From IMG/VR virus record IMGVR_UViG_3300042922_001182, positions 62,001 to 126,000 of that record: DNA of 64,000 nucleotides, one strand, 5' to 3'. The position numbers were made by a program, and so were the translations under genes. A model generated the notes under the pieces. It was not told where the DNA came from and searched no databases. It saw only the letters and a list, made by a program, of their open reading frames with translations. Shown here one piece after another: positions 54,518-62,855 of this stretch. Each line of letters begins with the position of its first letter. Within the stretch, counting starts at the first letter, position 1.

Positions 54518-56887
54518 ATGGCAGAGAAAGACGAGGGCAAGGGTCTCCTTGCCCAGCTCAGGAGCATCGGGGCGTACACCACTGGCCTGATGTTCGGCAG
54601 CAGCGAGGAGCGACGCGCCGAGGACAGGGCCAAGAGGGCCGACGTCAAGGACCTGGTGGCCCGGGTCAGCTCCAGGTACCAGAGCACCACCGGCCCGGAC
54701 GTGGTGGAGTTCCTCGCCCAGGCCGAGCTCCAGGCCGACGACGACAAGGGGAAGGGCGGCAAGAAGAAGAGCGGCAAGAAGCTCCTTGAGATCAACAGCA
54801 TCGTCGAGGGGGCCGACCAGAAGATCCTGAGCAACATGATGTTCATGGAGATGGACCGCATCACCGGCTACGACACGTACGCCATGATCCACAAGTACAT
54901 CCCGCAGCTCTCGGACGCCATCAAGAACTACCGGGACAGCATCCTCTCCCCGGACGACTTCACCAAGGACACCTTCACCGTCCACTACGAGGCGTCGGAG
55001 GTCGAGGCCGTGAAGCTCGCCGTCGAGAGGCTGGACCAGATCACCGAGCGCTACGGCCTGGAGGAGAAGAGCAAGAAGATCATCGACGACACCCTGATCC
55101 TCGGCGACCAGTTCGTGGCGACCCTCTCCCTGGATCGGGAGCTGCAGAGGCTGCTGCTCGAAGGCGCTGACCCCAAGAACCTGATGATCCTCTCCAACGA
55201 GCAGATCGGCAGGGACCTCGGCGGCTTCCTGACGGAGTCCGAGTCCGCCCTGACGGAGGAGGAGATCACCGACCTCGGCATCCTGATCGAGGAGGAGGGC
55301 AAGGAGGACCCAGCTCTGAACGAGCTGAACCGTAGCCTCATGCTCATGATCAACGAGAACCTCAGCTTCGGCGACTCGAAGACCATCCTCCGGGAGAAGG
55401 CCGAGACCGAGATGATCATGAACAACGCCACCGGCGGTAGCGCCCTGGAGGCGGCCAAGGAGCGCGAGGCGGCCGAGAAGCAGAAGGCCATCGACGGCTG
55501 GAAGATGGTGAACGGCTCCGTCGTCAAGGTGCTGGACCCCCGGCGGGTCGTCAAGCTCCAGGTGGACGACGTCTGCTACGGCTACTACTACGTGGAGAAG
55601 GCCAGCAACACCGACTTCGGCAAGAAGCCCGCCGGTCGGCACGGGTCCGACGCCTTCACCAGCGCCTTCACCGGGGCCGGGAACGACGAGGCCGCCAAGA
55701 AGACCAAGTCCGACATGGTGGCCGACATCTTCATCAAGCGCATCGGCAAGAGGGTCAACAACGAGCTGTTGGCCAAGAACCCCGAGTTCAAGACGATCAT
55801 GTACAACCTCCTGAAGCAGGGCGCCCTGATGAAGGAGCAGATGAAGATCACCTACCTCCGTCCGGACGAGGTCGAGCACTTCATGATCAACGAGGAGGAC
55901 GGCTACGGCGTCTCCATCTACCGGGACATCCTCTTCACGGCCAAGCTGTACCTGGCGGTGCTGACCACCACGCTCATGAACAAGCTGGTGCGCGGCCCCG
56001 ACAAGCGCGTCTTCTACGTGGAGGTCGGCCTGGACAACGACACCGAGGGCGTCATCCAGCAGTTCATCCGCGACGTCAAGAGCCGCGACATCAAGATGAA
56101 CGACCTGAAGGACATCAACACCATCCTCAACAACGTCGGCATCCACAACGACTACTTCATCCCCATGATCAACAACGAGCGGCCCGTGGACATCGAGACC
56201 ATGTCCGGCTCGGAGGCGACCCTGGACAACGAGTTCCTTGAGTACCTGCGCAAGACCATGATCTCCGGGATCGGCGTCCCCTCCGCGTTCCTCAACTACT
56301 CGGAGGACGTGGAGTTCGCCCGCTCGCTGGCGATGCAGAACGGCCGATTCGTCCGCTCGATCGTCGTCCTCCAGAAGTGCTTCGGCAAGGGCTTCACCCG
56401 GCTCTACCGCACGCTCTACCGCAACGAGTACCCCAGCGAGGCCGAGAAGCGCGAAAGCAAGCCCACTGCGACCCCCAAGACCAAGGGGGAGGGCGAGGGC
56501 AAGCCCGCCCCCTTGCTGCTGGGAGAGGCCGCGCCTAAGCCCAAGGGCAAGGCCGAGGACCGCGCCCAGACCTACGAGATCGAGGCGCGGCTCATCGAGG
56601 TCCGCTTCCCCTCCCCGGCCTCGCTCAACACCACCAACATGACCGAGCAGGTCAACAACAGCCAGACCGTCGTCGACTTCATCGTGGCTACCCTCGCGGG
56701 GGACGACACGCCGGAGGATGCCAAGCGGGAGCTCAAGCTCCAGGTGACCAAGGACCTGGTGACCACGGTCGACTGGGCCAGGTACGAGAACATGGCGAAG
56801 GACGCCAGGATCAAGGCCAAGAGGGACGCCCTCCTCAGCAACGAGGAGGACCCGGCGTCCAAGGGCGGAGGCCTGGCCGACGTCTAA
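54518..56887 (+). CDS. Portal protein (T4 gp20-like, jumbo-phage type)
   Basis: RGPDKRVFYVEVG, DYFIP....PVDIET, EYLRK.MISGIGVP resemble gp20 (RAPERRVFYIDVG, DYWLP, Y..KLY.AL.VP). Confidence 0.8.
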   Translation: MAEKDEGKGLLAQLRSIGAYTTGLMFGSSEERRAEDRAKRADVKDLVARVSSRYQSTTGPDVVEFLAQAELQADDDKGKGGKKKSGKKLLEINSIVEGADQKILSNMMFMEMDRITGYDTYAMIHKYIPQLSDAIKNYRDSILSPDDFTKDTFTVHYEASEVEAVKLAVERLDQITERYGLEEKSKKIIDDTLILGDQFVATLSLDRELQRLLLEGADPKNLMILSNEQIGRDLGGFLTESESALTEEEITDLGILIEEEGKEDPALNELNRSLMLMINENLSFGDSKTILREKAETEMIMNNATGGSALEAAKEREAAEKQKAIDGWKMVNGSVVKVLDPRRVVKLQVDDVCYGYYYVEKASNTDFGKKPAGRHGSDAFTSAFTGAGNDEAAKKTKSDMVADIFIKRIGKRVNNELLAKNPEFKTIMYNLLKQGALMKEQMKITYLRPDEVEHFMINEEDGYGVSIYRDILFTAKLYLAVLTTTLMNKLVRGPDKRVFYVEVGLDNDTEGVIQQFIRDVKSRDIKMNDLKDINTILNNVGIHNDYFIPMINNERPVDIETMSGSEATLDNEFLEYLRKTMISGIGVPSAFLNYSEDVEFARSLAMQNGRFVRSIVVLQKCFGKGFTRLYRTLYRNEYPSEAEKRESKPTATPKTKGEGEGKPAPLLLGEAAPKPKGKAEDRAQTYEIEARLIEVRFPSPASLNTTNMTEQVNNSQTVVDFIVATLAGDDTPEDAKRELKLQVTKDLVTTVDWARYENMAKDARIKAKRDALLSNEEDPASKGGGLADV

Positions 56888-56902
56888 CGAGAAGAGAACG
56901 CA

Positions 56903-56941
56903 AAGACCCGAACCCCATGTGGGGTTCGGGTCTTCTCGTTT
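56903..56941. terminator. Bidirectional terminator between portal and tube genes
   Basis: AAGACCCGAACCCC/GGGGTTCGGGTCTT. Confidence 0.7.
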
Positions 56942-56948
56942 GCTAGCT

Positions 56949-57677
56949 CTAGCGGGTGCTCTTCGAGTTCGGGGTGTAGTCGCCCATGGCGCGGAAGCCG
57001 AACATGGTCGACTTCAGGACCTTCTTGGCGAGGTCTTCCACGGCCTGCGAGGTGTGGAAGTTGCCCTTGAACGGGATGTCGATCTCGACCTGACCGTGGT
57101 CGCCCTTGGAGTAGTTGTGCTGCGCCAGGGCGATCTTGGTCGGGAACACGGACGTGTAGATCGCCGCGAACTCGATGTTGTCGTTGTCGACGTTGTGGGC
57201 GTCGGGACGGGTCTGGATGTAGAGCAGCTCGCCGGTGTGGTGGCGGGCGCCGTACTGGCCGTCGTTGACGTTCACGTAGGTCGCCAGGCCGGTCTCGGGG
57301 TCACGGATGCCGCTGGCCCAGTACTGGAACAGCGAGCGCACCGGCGAGCCGGAGAACTCCTGGAACTTGATCTGGAACTCGGTGTTACCCTTGGTCACAC
57401 CGGCCGCCACCTGGTACTCCTGGGCCGCGAAGCCCGAGGTGACCGCCTCGGTGGTCAGGTCGATGTCCGAGATACCGTCGAAGCCCTGCATGTTGGCCTC
57501 GGTGAACTCCATGGCCTTGGGGAACTTCTTCAGCACCCAGCTAGGCAGCTTGAGCCAGCGGAAGTACGCATAGCCCTTGATCATGGGGTCGTTCGTCATG
57601 TCCTTCCCGGCGAGGTCGAGTGCGCCGAGGAAGGAAGACGGACTCTCGTACTCATTGAAGTTGAATCCGGTCGTCAT
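56949..57677 (-). CDS. Tail tube protein
   Basis: Directly downstream of the sheath; 242 aa; beta-rich E.SGSP....YW..GI.DP and FPT motifs. Confidence 0.7.
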   Translation of the reverse strand: MTTGFNFNEYESPSSFLGALDLAGKDMTNDPMIKGYAYFRWLKLPSWVLKKFPKAMEFTEANMQGFDGISDIDLTTEAVTSGFAAQEYQVAAGVTKGNTEFQIKFQEFSGSPVRSLFQYWASGIRDPETGLATYVNVNDGQYGARHHTGELLYIQTRPDAHNVDNDNIEFAAIYTSVFPTKIALAQHNYSKGDHGQVEIDIPFKGNFHTSQAVEDLAKKVLKSTMFGFRAMGDYTPNSKSTR

Positions 57678-57771
57678 TACTCTCCTCTTTTCTTTTACAG
57701 AAGTGAAGGTGCTCTATTAGGCTCGGTTGAGGCGCCCGACCCCGAGGGGCCGGGCTCCATGGTTTGTTCGC

Positions 57772-60483
57772 TTACTTGACGATGATGTCGTTGACGACAC
57801 GCTCGATCACGTTGTTGAAGACCAGCTCGGTCTTAACACGCGTCACCTTGCGCTTCTTCTCGTAGTCGGAAGCGTACACCGTGCCATTGGCAACCTTGCA
57901 GGCGCGGTTGTCGACCCACTGGGAGAGCTCGCCGTTCACATCCGCCTGGAAGGCGTTGTAGGTCGAGGCGTCGCTGAACTCGAACTGGTAGTTCTCGCCC
58001 ATGCGCTCGATACGGCGGAGGATCCTCAGGAGGACGCGGACGTTGTTCTGGTCCGACAGGGCGGAGACCACCTTCTGCATGGTCAGCTGGGAGCCGATCT
58101 TGGTGGTGGTGTTGTCCTGCTCGGCGTAGTTGATCTGGAGCTTGTACAGCTCCTCCTTCCACGTCTCGGTCGGGTTGAACGACATGCGCTTGAAGCCGTC
58201 GAGGACGCCGCGACGCAGGCCAGCCAGCGGGAACTGGATGCCGTTGGCGGTGTCGTTGGCGGGGATCATGCGCGACAGGAAGTAGGTCATGGTGACCTTG
58301 ATGTCGCCGCCGGTGAACTCCGCGTCCTCGACCACGAAGTCCTGGGTGTAGAGCGAGCCGAAGAAGCTCGACGCCTGCGCCTGGTTCTTGCGGAAGTCGA
58401 CGGCCTTCGCCGCGTTGGGCGTAAAGCCGGTGTCCAGGATCGCCATGTGGTCGCCACGGATGTTCCGGGCCAGCTCCAGCATGGCGGTCTTGACGGGCGT
58501 GGGGTAGTTGGCGTCGATCGTCAGGTCGATCGGGACCAGCTTCTTGTTGGTGACGTTCTGGTCGAGCGTGCCGCTGTACGCGGACACCAGCAGCGAGGTC
58601 GCCGTGGTGGTGCGCAGAGTGGGGTTCGACTCGTCCAGGTCGCCGTCGGTACCGCTACCGAGAGGCGCGAGGTTGTCGATGTTGTAGATGTCGACGCCGT
58701 AGGTGTTGCCGAGCTTGACCGTGGCCTCCGAGCGCGCCTCGGTGAGGACGCCAGCGGCGGCGGTCAGGACGGCGACCTTGTCGGCATCGGACGCCTTCGC
58801 GACGCCGACGGCGGCGGTCAGGACGGTGTCCAGGTGACCGTAGGCCGTCTCCATCGAGGTGATGACGTCGTTGGCAGCATCGACCTTGGCCTCGGTGAGG
58901 TTGGTGTTGATGGCGGCCTGGGCGGCGGTCAGGGCAGCAGCGGCGGCGGAGGTCGCCGTGTTGAGCTTGTTCGCAGCGGACGAGGTCGTCGCGATGGCGT
59001 ACGCAGCCAGGGCCGCATCGGCCGCCGTGATGGCGGTGTCCAGGGTGGTCTCGGTCGCGTCCGCCTCGGTCGAGATAGCCAGCACGGTGGTGCGGACTTC
59101 CTTGGCCAGGGCGACCGCGTCCTTGGCGGCCTGGTGACGGGTCACCGGGTCGGCGCCGACGTTGGCGGCGGTGATGGCAGCCTGGGACGCGGTGACCCGC
59201 GAGGTCAGGCCCAGGGTGGCCATCTCCACGACGTTGGCGGTGCGCGAGGCGGTGGTGTAGCCCTCGATCGCCACCAGAGCCGCGAGGACGGCGACGGTGG
59301 CACCCTGGACGGCGCGGCCCAGGTTGTAGGCCTGAAGCTGCTCGGTGCGCTTGGCGCCCGAAGCGTAGGCCAGGAGGGCCTCGGCAGCGAGCTTCTCGGC
59401 AGCTTCGCCGACGGCGGCGACCATGTCGGCCTTCAGCTTGAGGAAGGTGCCAGCGGTGGTGGGATCGCCCTTCGACGTGGTCAGGGCGGTCTTCAGCGCG
59501 GTGGCCTCGGTGTTGTAGGTACCGGCCTCGACCTTGTCCATCGCGTCTTCGATCGTCGCGATGGCGGTCAGGGCAGCGGCGTGGTCGGACACGCGCACGG
59601 CCTCGTCGGCGTTCACGATCGCGGCGACGGTGGAGCTGGAGACGTCGGCGAGCTTGGTGCCAGCGTGGATGGGATCCTCGCCGTCGACGTCGCGCTCGGT
59701 GACGGTCAGCAGGTCCAGCAGGGCCGGGTCGACGTCCGGGTTGATCGCAGCGCCGAGAGCGTTGTAGGCGTCCTCGTTGTAGAGGAACTCCATCTGCTCG
59801 GAGAAGTTCTCGAACACGTAGTCGATCGTCATCTTCTCGTTCGACTTCGACTTGGCGTCGGGCGAGAACGAGACGAGGAAGGGGCCCTCGACCGGGGTGA
59901 CGGTGCCGGTCTTGGAGACGCGGACAACGCTGGCCTCGTAGACGCGGAAGTCGTTGGTGTTGTCCAGGTCCGTGGTCAGACGGAGCTGCACACCCAGGTC
60001 GTTGTAGCCCTTGCCGCGACCCTTCGGGCGGAACGCGCCCAGCAGGTGGTGCTTGTAGCCGTCCACGGTGTCCGAGTGGACGCGCTTCAGCTCGGCTTCG
60101 AGCGCCTCGTGCGAGGTGTGGTTCACCGGGCTGTACATCAGCACCGGGCGGACCTGCAGCTTGCCGCTCTCCATCTTCGTCTGGACGTCCAGGATGACGT
60201 GAGCGAAACCGGCGTTCTCGGGCATGACGCGGAGGCCGAAGACCTCGCCGCCGGACTGCAGGAAGTTGCGAATGTTGTACATGGCCTGTCCGTGGCGGCG
60301 CATGTTGGGCTTGCCGTAGTGAAACTCGGCCTCGCTGGGGGTGGTAAGCCTGACCAGCGTGTTGTCGGGACCGATGTCCGACGTGAACGCGGTAAGCATC
60401 ACGGTCGACCCCGCCGCAGTCACGAAGATCACCGAGTCGTCGATGATCCGCGAGCTGATACTCGGGTGAAGATACTCTTCCAT
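57772..60483 (-). CDS. Contractile tail sheath protein with Ala/Thr-rich insertion
   Basis: YLHPSISSRIID, GP.N, YG.PN, LRVMPENA; C-terminal DANYP..VK, R.D..AILD, P.AG..RG, LYKLQINY, SALS..NNVRVL; GGAGG RBS before ATG60483. Confidence 0.85.
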   Translation of the reverse strand: MEEYLHPSISSRIIDDSVIFVTAAGSTVMLTAFTSDIGPDNTLVRLTTPSEAEFHYGKPNMRRHGQAMYNIRNFLQSGGEVFGLRVMPENAGFAHVILDVQTKMESGKLQVRPVLMYSPVNHTSHEALEAELKRVHSDTVDGYKHHLLGAFRPKGRGKGYNDLGVQLRLTTDLDNTNDFRVYEASVVRVSKTGTVTPVEGPFLVSFSPDAKSKSNEKMTIDYVFENFSEQMEFLYNEDAYNALGAAINPDVDPALLDLLTVTERDVDGEDPIHAGTKLADVSSSTVAAIVNADEAVRVSDHAAALTAIATIEDAMDKVEAGTYNTEATALKTALTTSKGDPTTAGTFLKLKADMVAAVGEAAEKLAAEALLAYASGAKRTEQLQAYNLGRAVQGATVAVLAALVAIEGYTTASRTANVVEMATLGLTSRVTASQAAITAANVGADPVTRHQAAKDAVALAKEVRTTVLAISTEADATETTLDTAITAADAALAAYAIATTSSAANKLNTATSAAAAALTAAQAAINTNLTEAKVDAANDVITSMETAYGHLDTVLTAAVGVAKASDADKVAVLTAAAGVLTEARSEATVKLGNTYGVDIYNIDNLAPLGSGTDGDLDESNPTLRTTTATSLLVSAYSGTLDQNVTNKKLVPIDLTIDANYPTPVKTAMLELARNIRGDHMAILDTGFTPNAAKAVDFRKNQAQASSFFGSLYTQDFVVEDAEFTGGDIKVTMTYFLSRMIPANDTANGIQFPLAGLRRGVLDGFKRMSFNPTETWKEELYKLQINYAEQDNTTTKIGSQLTMQKVVSALSDQNNVRVLLRILRRIERMGENYQFEFSDASTYNAFQADVNGELSQWVDNRACKVANGTVYASDYEKKRKVTRVKTELVFNNVIERVVNDIIVK

Positions 60484-60566
60484 CCTTTTTTCCTCCACTT
60501 CTGTTAGACGGGTCGCCTAAGGATTCAATCGAGCCATCTCATTGTGAGACCCATGGGAGCACTCTT

Positions 60567-60578
60567 TAATTGAATGTT
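60567..60578 (-). promoter_or_regulatory. Late promoter AACA-ttcaat-TA
   Basis: Exact motif upstream of the sheath gene. Confidence 0.65.
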
Positions 60579-60606
60579 TCAAGGTGATAGGAGGAAAGAG
60601 TACCTT

Positions 60607-61311
60607 TTAGTAGTGGAGCGTTCTCTCGATGGGCGAGGCAACCTCCTTGGCTCCGCTCTTCGTCCTTGCGACAGACGCGATGACGGACTGGTTCATGTCC
60701 TCGAAGCTCAGAGCCGCGAAGTTGGAGCTGAGAGCAGGAAGGCGCTTGAGGTTGACAGCCTTGTACGCCTTGCCATTCGAGCGGCGGTACGGAACGTTCA
60801 GGTTGCTAGCATCCCTGTAAAGCTCTGCGACGATGCTCTCCAAGACGGAGTTGGGGACCTCAAGATTGATCCCGTTGATCTCCATGCAGTCGTTGTAGAG
60901 CTTCATCACCCTCTCGTAGGGGATGGAGGCGGGGAGGTTGCCGCCGTGGAGGAGCTGGATGAACTTCTTGCCCGCATCGACGGACTTGGTGACGTTCAGG
61001 TTCTCCAGGAAGACGTCGCCGCGCTCCATCTGGAAGACGTGGACGGCGGTCTCGCCGGAGCCGGTGGTGTACTTGTCCTGGAAGCTGAGCATCGACTCGA
61101 TGGGCATGGCGAGGAGCTTGCGGGTGCCCTTACCGGCCGACTCCCTGGACGGGAAAACGGTGAACTCGAAGATGAAGAGAGTCCTGATCCTGTCGCCCAC
61201 CCACTCGGCGATGCCGTCCTGGAAGTAGCTCTCGGGGATCATGACCTCGATGTAGGGGGCGGCCACGATGAGGGAATCCTTCTGTTCGGTAAAGATCTTC
61301 TTGAAATCCAT
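60607..61311 (-). CDS. RNA polymerase beta' C-terminal fragment (probably virion RNAP small subunit)
   Basis: LESIVAELYRD...SSNFAALSFEDMNQSVIAS...SPIE aligns with RpoC HIEVIVRQM...ESFISAASFQETTRVLTEA. Confidence 0.6.
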   Translation of the reverse strand: MDFKKIFTEQKDSLIVAAPYIEVMIPESYFQDGIAEWVGDRIRTLFIFEFTVFPSRESAGKGTRKLLAMPIESMLSFQDKYTTGSGETAVHVFQMERGDVFLENLNVTKSVDAGKKFIQLLHGGNLPASIPYERVMKLYNDCMEINGINLEVPNSVLESIVAELYRDASNLNVPYRRSNGKAYKAVNLKRLPALSSNFAALSFEDMNQSVIASVARTKSGAKEVASPIERTLHY

Positions 61312-61368
61312 GCTATTGCCTCCTCGGCTTATGAAACGGGGGAACGCTGTGTGCGTTCCCCCTAATGC

Positions 61369-62043
61369 CTAGAACTTCTTCTCCTCCAGGTAGCCGACCA
61401 GCCCCCGGATGCCCGCCGCCAGCGGCTCGTCCTGCTTGCCCTCGGCGGCCCGGTAGATCCGCTCGATCAGCTCGGAGACGAACAGGGCGTGGTCCTTGAG
61501 CGACTTCGCAACGACGAAGCTGTAGAGGTGCAGGCAGAAGACCGTGGCCTCCACCTGGGCTCTGGCGTGGTCGGCGCCGGGTTGGCTGGAGAGGATCTTC
61601 CTGACCATACCGGCGACCGGACGGAGGTTGCGGAACTGGAACTTGCTACCCCGCATCTTCTCGTACGCCTCGCTGTACATCTTGTTGTTGTGCGCCTTGT
61701 CCTTGTACTTGGCGGTGGAGGCCAGCTGCCCGCCGATCCTGGTGCGCAGGCGCTCCAGCTTGTAGGCGTCCTGGATCTGGGTGAAGACGGCGTTGGTGAC
61801 CTTGCCCTCGGGGGTGGCGACCTCGGCGTTCTCGGCGAGGGACTCGGTCATCATGTCGTAGTTCGCGGAGCCAGGAGCCAGGCTCATGTGCTCCACGTTC
61901 TCTCCGACGATGTCCTCCTTGAACTCCTTGTTGGCCTTCTGGAGGATCTCCTCGAAATCGGCGTTGAAGTTGTCGATCTCCTTGATGAGCTTGGCGTCCT
62001 CCTCATCAGCGGTGAGGAACGCCATCGACGTGTTGTCTTGCAT
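61369..62043 (-). CDS. Hypothetical protein
   Basis: Purine-rich RBS, codon bias. Confidence 0.7.
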   Translation of the reverse strand: MQDNTSMAFLTADEEDAKLIKEIDNFNADFEEILQKANKEFKEDIVGENVEHMSLAPGSANYDMMTESLAENAEVATPEGKVTNAVFTQIQDAYKLERLRTRIGGQLASTAKYKDKAHNNKMYSEAYEKMRGSKFQFRNLRPVAGMVRKILSSQPGADHARAQVEATVFCLHLYSFVVAKSLKDHALFVSELIERIYRAAEGKQDEPLAAGIRGLVGYLEEKKF

Positions 62044-62064
62044 TTTCTCTCTTTCCTTCCTGTG

Positions 62065-62838
62065 TTAGCGGGAGACCAGGGCGATGAAGTCCGCCCGGAC
62101 CTTGACCTGGAGCGACGGGCCGGAGACGTCCGAGATCGAGGGGGAGATGAACTTCTCGCAGAAATCATCACCGGCCAGGAATCCAGACTCGCCCTCCTCG
62201 TCGAAGAGGATGCCCTTCACCATCTGGTAGTTGTCGTTCTCCTCGTCCTGGGCTAGCAGGACCTGGAGGACGTACACCGGGTCGTCGATGGTCCCCGGGA
62301 GATCCCGGAGCACCTCAGCCAGGTGGTAGACGACGATGGCATCCTCCTGGGTCCGGACGGTCTTGCGGACGGTGGACATCATCAGGTCCTTCTTGCTCTC
62401 CTCCGACTTGTAGGCCCCTGCCAGGGCCTTGCGGTTCTCGAAGCAGTAGGACACGAGGAAGCGGGTGAGGTTGTTCCTGTACGAGAGCACGAAGAACTCG
62501 TACAGCTGCCTCGTGACCAATGCCATCGCGGACTCCAGGAGGTAGGTCTCCGGGAGGACGATGTTGAAGGACAGCGAGATCGCATCCAGGACCTTCTTGT
62601 AGCCCTGCTTTCGGGCGGTCCTGAGGTCGTTGAGCATCTCCGAGTCGCCCTCGTTGAGGGCCTTGAGCATGCTGTGGCGCTCCTCGAACTCCCTGAGGAG
62701 GTCGATCGGGCCGCCGGGCCCTCCCAGCTGGCCCACCTGCTCCGTGATGTTGCCCAGGAGGACGTCGTCGGACAGGTAGGCGATGATGTCCTCCCTGTTC
62801 ATGATGCCTGCGGGGCGGTACTCCTCTTTGTCGATCAT
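62065..62838 (-). CDS. Hypothetical protein
   Basis: AAGGAAAGAG RBS, codon bias. Confidence 0.7.
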   Translation of the reverse strand: MIDKEEYRPAGIMNREDIIAYLSDDVLLGNITEQVGQLGGPGGPIDLLREFEERHSMLKALNEGDSEMLNDLRTARKQGYKKVLDAISLSFNIVLPETYLLESAMALVTRQLYEFFVLSYRNNLTRFLVSYCFENRKALAGAYKSEESKKDLMMSTVRKTVRTQEDAIVVYHLAEVLRDLPGTIDDPVYVLQVLLAQDEENDNYQMVKGILFDEEGESGFLAGDDFCEKFISPSISDVSGPSLQVKVRADFIALVSR

Positions 62839-62855
62839 TCTTGTCTCTTTCCTTC

